Shown: piece after piece, positions 9,401 to 17,009 of the stretch
Position numbering within the stretch: the first letter of the stretch is position 1
Layout: the number at the start of each line of letters is the position of its first letter
Source of the DNA: a virus
DNA length: 64,000 bases
IMG/VR virus record: IMGVR_UViG_3300028840_003851
Direction: 5' to 3' (one strand)
The notes under the pieces: model-generated
Databases searched by the model: none
Seen by the model: the letters and a program-made list of their open reading frames with translations, nothing else
What the model was told of the DNA's origin: nothing
Translations under genes and position numbers: made by a program

Positions 9401-10878
9401 ATGAAGGGAACTAGATTCGTCGTAGTGTTTAGAGCCTGAGACGCGTGCCGCTGTATGTAGTCTACGTTGTCTAGACTCCCGGTTGTTAGCTTGTTCCCCT
9501 TTCCGGCAATCTTTATCTCCTTGCCTACAGGCTTGGGCTTACCCTTATCCCACGTAACCTGGTCTGCCAGTGCTACGTTGGCGTTTACAAACTTGCTTGG
9601 CGGGACATCCTCCATTTTACCCGTCTTAACGTTGTACATCGGTACAACGGGCTCATTACCCTTCTTGCGGACCCCCATAGGGAGCCGTAGCGTGATACCC
9701 GTCTTCTCCCCCTCAGGAGTGCGTAGCGGGTCTAGGTACCCAAGGTGCGATGGGTTTATAGCCTTGGCATCCTCGGTCACGCGCTGTACAGACTGTATAC
9801 CGCCAGGTCCCAGCGGAGTTGTCTGAGAGGCGGAGGAGATAATCTCTACAGGGTTAATCTGGTCCGCCATTCGCGCCATTGAGGTACGGAACACCTGGCG
9901 TACAGGCTCGTTAAAGGAATCAAAGTTTACTATCTTCCGAATATCCGCCTTCGGATTGTCTATCTGCCTTTTACCCCTGGTCTCTACAATCTTCTTTGTC
10001 TTCCAGTGAGTGAGCTTGTCGTACGCAAAGTCCTCTACGGAGCGAAGGTTCTTGTACTCTAAGCTATCTCTATCATCCTCAGGAGCACCGGAGTGAACAT
10101 CAAGTATTCTCTTCGTCGCCTTGCGAAGAACGTCTCCCGTTATGTGGTCAGACTCTACACCCAGGGTAGACTTGGCCACCTCAGGCTGCATCTTAGTCGC
10201 TGTCATAGCCTCCTTGAAGTAGGCAGCAGCCTCCTTCTTAGATGGTGCGGCAGACTTCTTATCAGCCTTGTAGAACGCCTCCAGCGCTCCCTCAACTGCT
10301 CTGGCGCTCTTGTTCGCCTCTAACATCTCCTTGCCCCAGCTTTTTTGGAGCTGCTCGTCTGTAACCCCCATCTCCCTCATCAAGGGGTACAGCGGTATGT
10401 TGGACTTCTTTCTACGAAGAGACAGCTGCTTGCTGGCCGGGTCTAGCTCTATCTTAAAGTCTCTACCATCAGGAGCGTTAAAGGCCGTGTGCACCTTACC
10501 CTTAACATCACGCCTCGTGTACGCCCCTGGCTTCAGCTGCCACTGGCTGTCTACCTGGTACTCTTTACCGTCTATGATGTGGCTGAAACGACTGGTTACA
10601 GTCGGTATAGACGCTATCCGGACTCTCTCTTTAGACGTCTCCCCTGTCTCCTTGTTCTCTAGCCTCAACGTAGCATACACAGGAGTAGCAAAGGTCTTAC
10701 CTTTTATCTTGTGGTCGTGCTGCTTCCTGATGTCGTCGGGGTCTGTCCCTATATCTGCCTCTAGCTTCTCAAGGTGGAGCTCACGCTTCTTTCCCTTGAT
10801 AGGGAAGTGCTCACCGATACCCTCAAGAACCTTAGCCTTCAGCGCCTCGTTTGCCTCTTTGTGACTAGCGTACGGCAT
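3448..10878 (-). CDS. Single-chain DNA-directed RNA polymerase, fused beta + beta' (RpoB-RpoC-like), intein-containing
   Basis: Beta motifs: SQWQLKPG, GPGG, HLGYLDPLRTPEGEKTG, GDKLTGRHGNKG, LNPAGVPGRMN. Beta' motifs: GGLFDP, RQDLSMRSVIVPEP, KRDPVLHK, FNADFDGD (5617-5637), PGYFSKKL, C-x6-C-x2-C, AAQSLGE. All lie in one 2476-aa frame. Confidence 0.95.
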   Translation of the reverse strand: MPYASHKEANEALKAKVLEGIGEHFPIKGKKRELHLEKLEADIGTDPDDIRKQHDHKIKGKTFATPVYATLRLENKETGETSKERVRIASIPTVTSRFSHIIDGKEYQVDSQWQLKPGAYTRRDVKGKVHTAFNAPDGRDFKIELDPASKQLSLRRKKSNIPLYPLMREMGVTDEQLQKSWGKEMLEANKSARAVEGALEAFYKADKKSAAPSKKEAAAYFKEAMTATKMQPEVAKSTLGVESDHITGDVLRKATKRILDVHSGAPEDDRDSLEYKNLRSVEDFAYDKLTHWKTKKIVETRGKRQIDNPKADIRKIVNFDSFNEPVRQVFRTSMARMADQINPVEIISSASQTTPLGPGGIQSVQRVTEDAKAINPSHLGYLDPLRTPEGEKTGITLRLPMGVRKKGNEPVVPMYNVKTGKMEDVPPSKFVNANVALADQVTWDKGKPKPVGKEIKIAGKGNKLTTGSLDNVDYIQRHASQALNTTTNLVPFIGSCSGNRATYAGQHIEQSISLEHREAPLVQVGTGSKKEGLQTFEELLGKASGHMSPVDGEVVSVKGDAIVVKDKSGKKHEVQLYNNFPLNDPKAVITSTPLVKVGDSVKRRQSVADTNFTKDGKLALGTNLRAAYLPYKGYNFEDGVVVSESAAKKLSSVHMQKLPIALEDQVVTDPKKFRNQHPEAFGKEQHGKLDEKGVVKVGQTVRPGDPLVLAMRPYKMKDRMDLGSIGKSLSGQHTDISLRWESDHPGEVVGVHKKGKEVTVHVKTVEPMKAGDKLTGRHGNKGIVTCFSNDSEVLTDKGWRFFKDLDRTELICTLNPATRKIEYQAPTGYVDQQHDGKMYSYSGRRLNLLVTPEHRHYVRTRRGSYSLQPAKECFGMPRLHLRTGVWEGEELEEITIPGRPDAPKRHKKLSAPRKYDTDLFLELFGLWLTEGCIGGSSHIHIAQTRSVHPEEYERICSVIERLGYSTYKEATRITFSDPQLHAWLKQFGKAKDKFIPRELLVLSQRQLRILADALFMGDGGVYYRAKDNHTRYELFTSSPRLADDYQELALKLGFSANIKEPKPGELVVRWSLKDEVWTNNDKRYCNERWEEYKGRVYCVDVPNHIIYVRRLGIPVWSGNCVLPDKEMPHTRDGKPIDVALNPAGVPGRMNPSQILETAAGKVAEKTGKPFIVENFAPGADNLAMVKKALKEHGIEDKEELIDPVTKQSLGKVLVGPQHMLKLTHQIDKKTAVRSGMPLKGDNEPESYDNNLLPIGGKKTGGQRMSPLGIYSLLAHGAKANIREMQTIKSEGDDPRPFGWAGQHREVWSAIQSGTPLPTPRPTFSFNKFTSMLKAAGVNVEKKGHNIQLLPLTNKQIKDMSSGAIPKPAELVYTKLDKNGEPVPKRGGLFDPKITGGHGGKRWNHIKLAEPVPNPVFETAIQKLTGLKEKDYTGIVGGDQAVDEKGNIVALDTPGALTGGPGIKRLLDKIDVNKELATQQKKLKEMPVPKGMAHGAPTQEMDSTVKKIKYLRALKQIGAKPSEAYVLENLPVIPPQMRPASVMKDGSIKWEDINGLYQLLAQGNDSLKKDSMKEILDKNTAKRKARKSLYDGVKAVMGVGTFGEDDKYKGILQQIHGSSPKEGFFQKTLMNRRQDLSMRSVIVPEPSLGVDEVGMPKDYALKLMRPFVARKLVETGAARNPLEARSMLADKKATKNPSVLRAIELVADERPVILKRDPVLHKHSVQAFKTKLVGGKAIKIHPLVTGGFNADFDGDTMSAYVPVGREAVEEAKGMLPSKNLYAEASGKVTYQPSLDSAMGLYKMTKVDKVSRKSYKSPTEALQAAQRGELGMTELATVGGKKTTPGRMLVASALPDGMQEKAIESLPTLDKKGITKLYSELAKNHKGDFGDSAHKLMKFGFEAANGLVSVPNPAQKGRQAIEDAERPDKTKMYIPMGAHSLGLEDLEPDKATRDKHLGMAKKRVDLIRASKMSEAEKERQIPLVWAKASAEMDKEHRSKLPKNNLATMLSSGNKPGWDQYKQLALAPVMMVDSTGSPVPVPVDKSYAEGMDFGGYWTAATGARRGSVRKVQEVSEPGYFSKKLVQNTVNLVVTGDDCKTDRGVSMSVGDEGAYDRTLARSFKAKGLEVPAGTVLTPDILGKMRRADKNAQLVVRSALKCTHGQGLCQKCAGLGADGNRYPVGTNVGILAAQSLGERSVQLPMKAFHSGGVWTPKASVADQFARVQQLTSMPDKIANSATLAMTSGRVEKIQRDKTGTKVWVGGKAHHVGKDKKGRSLFSVDDDSPWRPPKVGDKIEAGTSLSDPSRTVVNPKDLYKATNNFEKVQNHLVDELHKIYAEEGVRRQHVETVVKGMTNTTKIRDPGDAPYLLKGEIMPASVIREQNMKLVKAGKKPTVHSPILKGVDFAPLQAQQDWMAKLQHERLRSTIMDSAATGAVSHIHGVHPVPGIAYGAEFGVTKEHAKRTPGLTRLLDVPEHAY
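7522..8523 (-). mobile_element. Intein (334 aa) with LAGLIDADG-type homing endonuclease, in the RNAP beta moiety
   Basis: Begins CFSNDSEVLTDKGW and ends VYCVDVPNHIIYVRRLGIPVWSGN, followed by Cys+1. Internal FGLWLTEGC and ADALFMGDG motifs. Removal restores GRHGNKGIVT|CVLPDKEMP. Confidence 0.92.
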
Positions 10879-10953
10879 GACCTATAGATTCTACCTCATC
10901 AATGACAGTAGTGCAGCGTTACCAGCACGTGCAAGCTTCTCCTGATTTCTAGC

Positions 10954-10962
10954 ATAAGAGTA
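10954..10962 (+). promoter_or_regulatory. ATAAGARTA motif, putative phage early promoter/start element
   Basis: ATAAGAGTA followed by GTG at the start of the rightward block; the same motif recurs at six other gene heads. Confidence 0.6.
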
Positions 10963-11145
10963 GTGAAGAGGACATCAACCTTAACAAAGGAGATGACGAT
11001 GTCTTTCCCCGATGATGAGGGGCTTTTAAGCCCCGACCAGCAAGAGCAAGAGCAAGATGACTCCTACCCCGAGTCCGACGAGGACTCGGGTGCAGCGTGG
11101 TCGGCGATATCCAGCGCCGACTACCTGTACGAGGAGGAGGACTGA
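10963..11145 (+). CDS. Small highly acidic protein
   Basis: D/E-rich ORF of 50-60 aa (possible starts 10963, 10990 or 10996). Confidence 0.55.
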   Translation: MKRTSTLTKEMTMSFPDDEGLLSPDQQEQEQDDSYPESDEDSGAAWSAISSADYLYEEED

Positions 11146-11273
11146 TGTCCGCGCTCTTCTGGTCCTCCTTCGTTGTTGGGTTCCTATCTGGTCTAGGTTT
11201 CTGGGCTAGAGACGAGCTCGACAAGAGGGAGCGTAAGGATGGTAAGGATGCTTCGGCATCCCTCCAGCCTTAA
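11145..11273 (+). CDS. Small membrane peptide (42 aa; not in ORF track)
   Basis: TGATG overlap with the upstream ORF; MSALFWSSFVVGFLSGLGFWARDELDKR has one hydrophobic helix. Confidence 0.5.
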   Translation: MSALFWSSFVVGFLSGLGFWARDELDKRERKDGKDASASLQP

Positions 11274-11898
11274 CGGGGCTAGAAGGGTTGCGGACGAGTG
11301 GGGGGTTACCGGTACTGTGCTTTGGCACCCCGGTAGCCCCCCACGTTCTTGGACTGTCCACAGCCTTTTTAGACCTGTAAACAGCGTAGGTCTGCGCGCA
11401 CGACTGGTAGATGACAAAGGTTTCATTACCTTCATAAATCAGATGGAGCTAGAGATGCTTCTCGGTACCGCATCTCAGGGCTCGTGGTGCTCGTGGGCAG
11501 GTAGACCCTACCCGGCCCCCGGTGGGCCTGAGTGGGAGGGTCTTTTAGCTACGGAGGGAGACCTTCTTGATGACCTGTACGACAGAGAGCAGTACATCAG
11601 GTACATGTTCCCCGACAAGATACCAGGAGGTGCTGAGATAAGAAGACGTGTGTACACAGGTGGGCGAAATGTAGAGCAACTTCTTGTCCTTTTATGGGAT
11701 AAGGACCCTGAGACAGGCATAGAGCCTGACAGTAGATACGAGACGTTAAGCCGCCGATGGGCAGCCGTTGAAGAGGAGGTACAAGAATGGACATGCTTGC
11801 CCTTAACAGACAGATTGGGGTGGGTTCCCTCGCTGTCAGTGGCCACAGATGCAGCTACTGCAACAGGGACATTCCCCTATCCGTACCGGGGGATGTAG
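11239..11898 (+). CDS. Hypothetical protein
   Basis: 219-aa ORF in the operon direction; start uncertain. Confidence 0.55.
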   Translation: MVRMLRHPSSLNGARRVADEWGVTGTVLWHPGSPPRSWTVHSLFRPVNSVGLRARLVDDKGFITFINQMELEMLLGTASQGSWCSWAGRPYPAPGGPEWEGLLATEGDLLDDLYDREQYIRYMFPDKIPGGAEIRRRVYTGGRNVEQLLVLLWDKDPETGIEPDSRYETLSRRWAAVEEEVQEWTCLPLTDRLGWVPSLSVATDAATATGTFPYPYRGM

Positions 11899-12395
11899 AG
11901 GATATCGTTCTTATGCAGGTTGTTTCGGGGGTGAGGGACGGTAGAAACGTCATCACTCGGATAGAGACCGCAGATGACGGCGACTACCTGTTCGCCCCCC
12001 ACTTCTTCTGCATGATGTGCTGGGAGGAGATGACAGACGCACTTACAGACGCGAGCAAGTCACACAGACTGCATAGAACCATCTACCACAGCGAGCATCT
12101 GGTTAGGTGCTTTGAGTGTAACTCCGCTGTGCTGGATGGAGAGATTTTCGCGACGGTGTGCTCCGGCGCACTACAACCATCCCCAAGAACACCATTTGGT
12201 GTACCGGAGGTAGATTTCAAAGGAACGGATAGGCTAGAGAGACCTGTAGTTCTGTGCATCGGCTGCATGAAGCTCTTAGACAGCTGTGTCAAAGAGCTGT
12301 GGAACGCTGATGTGTCTCAAGGCGATGAATGTGATGAGGGTACGTACAAACGGTGCTGGCGTCAGCTGAAGTGCACCGACTGCATTGTGAGGTAG
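11787..12395 (+). CDS. Cys-rich multi-CxxC putative zinc-binding protein
   Basis: SD AGGAGG; CSYC, CMMC, CFEC, CIGC and CTDC motifs. Confidence 0.65.
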   Translation: MDMLALNRQIGVGSLAVSGHRCSYCNRDIPLSVPGDVEDIVLMQVVSGVRDGRNVITRIETADDGDYLFAPHFFCMMCWEEMTDALTDASKSHRLHRTIYHSEHLVRCFECNSAVLDGEIFATVCSGALQPSPRTPFGVPEVDFKGTDRLERPVVLCIGCMKLLDSCVKELWNADVSQGDECDEGTYKRCWRQLKCTDCIVR

Positions 12396-12397
12396 AT

Positions 12398-13648
12398 ATG
12401 AGAGAAAAGAAGGTAAAGGTAACATCGGACTTCTTCACGAAGATTCCGTATGAACGGTTCGAGGAGGTTCTGTACATCCTCCTCCAAACCCCTAGGGACC
12501 TAAACCCCTGGGATAAGGGTTGTAGGATGGGCATCCCCGCCATCTTCTGGGGGATGTCGGGTATCGGCAAGTCGGAGCGAATCGAGGCTGTGGTGGGGGG
12601 CTCTATGGGGATGACGCAGGAGCGCCTGCTCCCTGTGTCGTACCCTCCGGAGAACTTCGTAGGCGTCCCCGTGATTGTGGGAGACACCGTTAGGAGCGAG
12701 GTCCTCATAGGCCAGATTCGGCGCCTCATCCGAGGTGGCGTTAACGACGCTGTGCTCGTCATAGACGAGGCCAGCGACGCAGATAGGCTCACGCAGGGCG
12801 CCATGCAACCACTCATCCTGGACAGGGTGGCCGGGGATGACAAGCTACCCCCAGGGGTACGAGTTGTGCTGCTGGCCAATCCTCCTGAGTACTCAGCGGG
12901 GGGCTACGAGCTGGTGGCCGCCCTGGCCAATCGCATGGGGCACTTCATGGTGCCTGTGGAGGAATCGATGCTCGACTCGTTCTGCGAGCACATCATGGAC
13001 CCAACCCCGCCCAAGCTAATCCCGTTCAAGAACGGGATAGAGGCCATCAAGGACGGGTGGCAGGCAGCATGGTCTGGGGCGTCCGCGGAGATGGTATCCT
13101 TCCACCAGACCATGAGGAGCATCGAGCTCCTACACAACCAGCCTAAGGCTGGTAGCACAGAGGGAGGAGGGGCTTGGCCCTCGCCCCGGACGTGGAAGAC
13201 CGCCTTCCAGTGCATCGCTGCCCTTCGGTGCTTGGACATGGACCGAGGGCTCGAGCCCTACTTCCTTAGAGCGTTCATCGGGGAAGCAACCGCACGCCAG
13301 TACGAGAAGTGGAGCGTGTACCGCGACCTACCCACACCAAAGGACATCCTTACCAGGAAGGCGGGGTGGGACCTCACAGAGGACACCCGCCCAGACAAGG
13401 TGTCCATGATGTGCCGTGCTGTGGCGTCCTATGTGGTGGCAGCAGATAAGCAAGGTTGCGACAAGCTAGCTGCTGTTGCCTTTGAGTGGATTGGCCTGCT
13501 CTGCGACCTCCACTTCAGAGACGTTGTGGTGCCGCACTGCAATTGGCTCTCCCGTAAGGGAGTGGGGAGGAAGAGCAAGAGTGAGGAGGTTCGTAGAGCC
13601 GCCAAGGCGGTCGTACGAAAGCTAGGAGCTGACGGGGTGGTGGGATGA
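12398..13648 (+). CDS. MoxR-like AAA+ ATPase
   Basis: Walker A GMSGIGKS, Walker B LVIDEAS, sensor LLANPP, arginine finger ALANRM, PSPRTW. Confidence 0.88.
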   Translation: MREKKVKVTSDFFTKIPYERFEEVLYILLQTPRDLNPWDKGCRMGIPAIFWGMSGIGKSERIEAVVGGSMGMTQERLLPVSYPPENFVGVPVIVGDTVRSEVLIGQIRRLIRGGVNDAVLVIDEASDADRLTQGAMQPLILDRVAGDDKLPPGVRVVLLANPPEYSAGGYELVAALANRMGHFMVPVEESMLDSFCEHIMDPTPPKLIPFKNGIEAIKDGWQAAWSGASAEMVSFHQTMRSIELLHNQPKAGSTEGGGAWPSPRTWKTAFQCIAALRCLDMDRGLEPYFLRAFIGEATARQYEKWSVYRDLPTPKDILTRKAGWDLTEDTRPDKVSMMCRAVASYVVAADKQGCDKLAAVAFEWIGLLCDLHFRDVVVPHCNWLSRKGVGRKSKSEEVRRAAKAVVRKLGADGVVG

Positions 13649-15009
13649 GCCCATCAGCCGAGCTCGAAGCTTGGCTGCGGCAGCATGGTCTCTACGGGGA
13701 CCGTGCTGCTTTGCTTCAAAAGGCCAAGGTACAGCTAGAGGTAGCCAGGGCGCGCTTCGAGAGAATCGTACCCTACTTCACCGTCCTTCTGCGCATGCAC
13801 TCCACCTACTGGGTGGACCACATGTTTGCGATTACCGGTAGCCCTATCGGGGTGACCGATAGGATGGTGATGCTCATAGACCCTGGGTGGGTAGTTCACA
13901 TCAACGACCCGATGATGCTGGCCGCAGTGCTGTGGCATGAGGTGGAGCACCCGAACCGAGGGATGTACCGCCTTAAGGCACTTCCAGACCAACGTCTCGC
14001 TAACCTGGCGGGGGACCTCGCCATCAATTGGAGGATACGGGATACGGGGCACAAGCTCCCCGAGTGGGTAGCCTACCCAGAGAGCTACGGCTTAGAGAAG
14101 GGTCTCACCCTGGAGGAGTACTACAAGGCCCTGGACAAGGGAGGAAAAGGAGAGGATGGGGAAGAGCAGGAGGGAGACCGCGGGCCGTCTAGGATGACAG
14201 AGGACTGGCAGCCCACAGGAGACAGCTTCGGTACAGGCAAGTGCGGCTCAGGTGCGGGCAATAGCCTAGGAGACATCGAGGAGGAGGCCAACGAGCGCAT
14301 GGGGTGCTCCGACGCCGAGAAGGAGCTAGCTAAGGAGGTTACGAAGGAGGCGATAAGCAAGCACGTAGCAGAGCACGGAAGAGGTACGATTCCGGCAGAC
14401 ATGATAGAGAGCTTAGACTACGAGCTGTCTGCCGGAGTAGTACCGTGGAGAAGAGAGCTTCGGTCTATTTTGCGCCATGCTTCAGGGAAGCTTAGAGCAG
14501 GTAGGACGGATAGGTCTTGGGCGCGCCCGTCGCTACACTCTCTTGTTAGAGGTGAGCCTAGACCCGGACCGTGCCGGAGAGAGCCAGAGGTTCTGATTGT
14601 TCGCGACACCTCAGGCTCTATGGGTGCGGAGCAGCTTAAAAGTGCCAACGATGAGGCGGTGGGTGTGCTGAAGCAGATGGGGCTACAGGAGGTGTGGTTC
14701 TTAGATGCAGACGCAAAAGCCTACAACCCCAGAAGAGTAAACCTTAGAGACATACCAAAGCTCGATGTAGAGGGTAGAGGAGGTACATCGTTTGTCCCTG
14801 CCTTTGTCGCGGCAGAGAGCCTGAAGCCTAGACCGCAGCTTCTCATCTACATGACAGACGGAGACGGAGATGCACCCGAGGAGCCCCCCAGGGGTATGGC
14901 GGTGGTATGGTGCATCGTGCCTACACCTTACGGAAGGAGACCAGCAGAGTGGGGACATCTAGTGATTGTGAGCGACGACCAGAAGCTGAGAGAGCCTTAC
15001 AGGAGGTAG
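13645..15009 (+). CDS. Putative metallopeptidase + VWA domain protein (DUF2201-like), partner of the MoxR ATPase
   Basis: HEVEH zinc motif, NLAGDLAIN, MIDAS motif RDTSGSMG, RGGTSF, YMTDG; ATGA overlap with the ATPase. Confidence 0.85.
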   Translation: MSPSAELEAWLRQHGLYGDRAALLQKAKVQLEVARARFERIVPYFTVLLRMHSTYWVDHMFAITGSPIGVTDRMVMLIDPGWVVHINDPMMLAAVLWHEVEHPNRGMYRLKALPDQRLANLAGDLAINWRIRDTGHKLPEWVAYPESYGLEKGLTLEEYYKALDKGGKGEDGEEQEGDRGPSRMTEDWQPTGDSFGTGKCGSGAGNSLGDIEEEANERMGCSDAEKELAKEVTKEAISKHVAEHGRGTIPADMIESLDYELSAGVVPWRRELRSILRHASGKLRAGRTDRSWARPSLHSLVRGEPRPGPCRREPEVLIVRDTSGSMGAEQLKSANDEAVGVLKQMGLQEVWFLDADAKAYNPRRVNLRDIPKLDVEGRGGTSFVPAFVAAESLKPRPQLLIYMTDGDGDAPEEPPRGMAVVWCIVPTPYGRRPAEWGHLVIVSDDQKLREPYRR

Positions 15010-15266
15010 AGGAGGAGAGACAGAGAAAGGACGCGTATAACGCGATAAGTCGATACTACACACAGCTGAAGTACGACAAGGGAGGCCCTGAGGACAGAGA
15101 GGACCATTGGGCGTGCCCCCGCTGTAAGGACAAGGTGTCCCCGCTGGAAGGCTACTGGTGCCGGTGCGCGGAGGAGGACCTATACAGCATAGAGGATGAT
15201 TGGTCCGCATGGGACCAGACGTATATCGATGTGTACCCAGAAGACGAGGATTACTACAATGAGTAA
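14907..15266 (+). CDS. Hypothetical small protein with Cys motifs
   Basis: CPRC and CRC motifs with an acidic tail; start uncertain. Confidence 0.5.
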   Translation: MVHRAYTLRKETSRVGTSSDCERRPEAERALQEVEEERQRKDAYNAISRYYTQLKYDKGGPEDREDHWACPRCKDKVSPLEGYWCRCAEEDLYSIEDDWSAWDQTYIDVYPEDEDYYNE

Positions 15267-15768
15267 ACTACGTGCGACAAAGGCCGAGCTCCTGCAGGTC
15301 ATTGACGAGCTGCAAGCTAGAGTGTGCGAGCAGCAGAGAAGGATAGAGCAGCTCATAGCTGACAATGATGCTTCTCGTGAAGCGCGCGACTCCTATGAGA
15401 AGGTAGCACTAGAGAAGGAAAGGGAGCTGACTGAGGTTAACAAGACCTTCAATCGGCGGTTCGAGGACTACAAGCATGGAATGAAGGCCATGCTCGAGGA
15501 GAAGGACTTTGCCATCAAGCTAGCTAAGGATGATGGTTTACACACGCGGGAGACATTAAGGAAACTAGTTGAGGAGGTAAAGAGGAAGAGCCATGAGAGG
15601 GCGGCTAAGCTCCAGAAGGAGGTGGACGAGATGCATAAGGTAATCGCCTCCCAGCGGGAGATGGTCACAGAGCTGCAGAAGGAGCTAAAGGAAGCAGAGG
15701 CTGCGAGGGACACTGCAGACAGGATAATTGCAGCGGTGCGCTGCACCGTATCCATCATGGAGAGGTAG
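15259..15768 (+). CDS. Coiled-coil protein
   Basis: Heptad-rich K/E/L sequence; ATG at 15259. Confidence 0.7.
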   Translation: MSKLRATKAELLQVIDELQARVCEQQRRIEQLIADNDASREARDSYEKVALEKERELTEVNKTFNRRFEDYKHGMKAMLEEKDFAIKLAKDDGLHTRETLRKLVEEVKRKSHERAAKLQKEVDEMHKVIASQREMVTELQKELKEAEAARDTADRIIAAVRCTVSIMER

Positions 15769-15804
15769 TGAAAATAAAAGGGAAACCACAGTATAAGAAT
15801 ACTG

Positions 15805-16020
15805 ATGGAACAATTAATAGATGCAATCCACTCGGCCATCCTCGAAGAAAACCTTCAAAACAGAGAACACCTCTCACAGAGGGTGATTATTCGCCTTCTC
15901 GAAGAGAACCTGTTTCCGTACGAACTCCTCCCCTATTATGGGGAGGGGGAGTACCACCAAGAGGACCAGAAGGTGCTCTTGGAGGTACTCCAAGAGCTCG
16001 ATAAGGTCGAGTACACCTAA
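15805..16020 (+). CDS. Small hypothetical protein
   Basis: 71 aa; preceded by ATAAGAATA (15793-15801). Confidence 0.65.
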   Translation: MEQLIDAIHSAILEENLQNREHLSQRVIIRLLEENLFPYELLPYYGEGEYHQEDQKVLLEVLQELDKVEYT

Positions 16021-16029
16021 GGGATTACT

Positions 16030-16058
16030 AGAAGCTCTCCCACACGAGCTTCTTTTAG
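16030..16058 (+). terminator. Rho-independent terminator (repeat unit 1)
   Basis: AGAAGCTC-N8-GAGCTTCT stem followed by TTTAG. Confidence 0.7.
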
Positions 16059-16095
16059 CCCCCTAAATTATCTCTATAAAACGGGGATAAGAGTA
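16053..16095 (+). promoter_or_regulatory. Bipartite putative phage promoter
   Basis: TTTTAGCCCCCTAAA, then ATAAGAGTA 31 nt after the TAG, followed by TTG ATG. Confidence 0.65.
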
Positions 16096-16464
16096 TTGAT
16101 GAAAAGCAGGTTCTACACGATAACGGAGTGGGACTCCACCACAGAGGTGGTGGAGGCCCGAGAGGGGCGTGATACTGTCCTCATAAAGTATGAGGATGGT
16201 ATCACTAACATGGTGACAGCAGCTTACTTTCGTGAGCTGCTGCCAACAGTAACTGTAGAGAGCATCACAGCTCGGTGCTCTAGGTTCTCGGGATGGAATC
16301 TTAAGTGGGAGGTCGAAGATGGCCTCCTACGCATGTATGACCCTAGTAACTACAGCAGATCGTCTCTGATCCTGAACAAGGACGGGGTCGAGGTACATGG
16401 GCGCCTCCGTCACTGGGGAGTGACGTTGGATGAGCTGAAAGTGCTGCTCGCAGCTATCCCGTAA
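16096..16464 (+). CDS. Hypothetical protein
   Basis: 122-aa ORF directly after the promoter motif. Confidence 0.65.
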   Translation: MMKSRFYTITEWDSTTEVVEAREGRDTVLIKYEDGITNMVTAAYFRELLPTVTVESITARCSRFSGWNLKWEVEDGLLRMYDPSNYSRSSLILNKDGVEVHGRLRHWGVTLDELKVLLAAIP

Positions 16465-16476
16465 CAGGAATTACCT

Positions 16477-16542
16477 AGAAGCTCTCCCATGTGAGCTTCT
16501 TTTAGCCCCTGAAATTACCTCTATAATACAGGTATAAGAGTA
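16477..16542 (+). promoter_or_regulatory. Terminator + bipartite promoter cassette (repeat unit 2)
   Basis: Near-identical to 16030-16095: AGAAGCTC..GAGCTTCT TTTAGCCCCTGAAA...ATAAGAGTA ATG ATG. Confidence 0.7.
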
Positions 16543-16842
16543 ATGATGGAGAACGCCTTCCAGTCTCCTCTCTTGAGAGAGGCAGCTGAGGTTGTCCTCA
16601 CCAACCCGTACTACGACGGGTTGGTTCACCACGGGGAGCTGTCCTTCCGATACCGGGAGGACAGCGGTTGCCACCCACTGGTGGCTGACGTCGCAGCGAC
16701 TATCCAATCCGGCTATTGGCCGAACTGGATGGTCGACCTCGACGCGGCCACCACTCGGGAGCTCATGGACCACGTAAGCGGGGTCAATGAGCTACCGGCG
16801 TTTGGCACCACCCTCTTCGGAGGGTGGTACTACCCGTGGTAG
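16543..16842 (+). CDS. Hypothetical protein
   Basis: 99-aa ORF directly after the promoter motif. Confidence 0.65.
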   Translation: MMENAFQSPLLREAAEVVLTNPYYDGLVHHGELSFRYREDSGCHPLVADVAATIQSGYWPNWMVDLDAATTRELMDHVSGVNELPAFGTTLFGGWYYPW

Positions 16843-16984
16843 AGGACAAGCCATCAACGAGCCAGGCGCAAACCTGGTAGGCCGTGCCAGGCTTGAGCGG
16901 GGACTGAGGATTAATGCCCTCAGCGAGACCGCAGGCATCTGGGGATGACCTCCCAGATTAGGAGGCCCATGGTCAAGGCAGTAG

Positions 16985-17004
16985 GAGAGCTCACGCTCTC
17001 TTTT
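16985..17004 (+). terminator. Terminator at the convergence of the accessory and portal operons
   Basis: GAGAGC-TCAC-GCTCTC-TTTT. Confidence 0.6.
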
Positions 17005-17009
17005 AGCTA

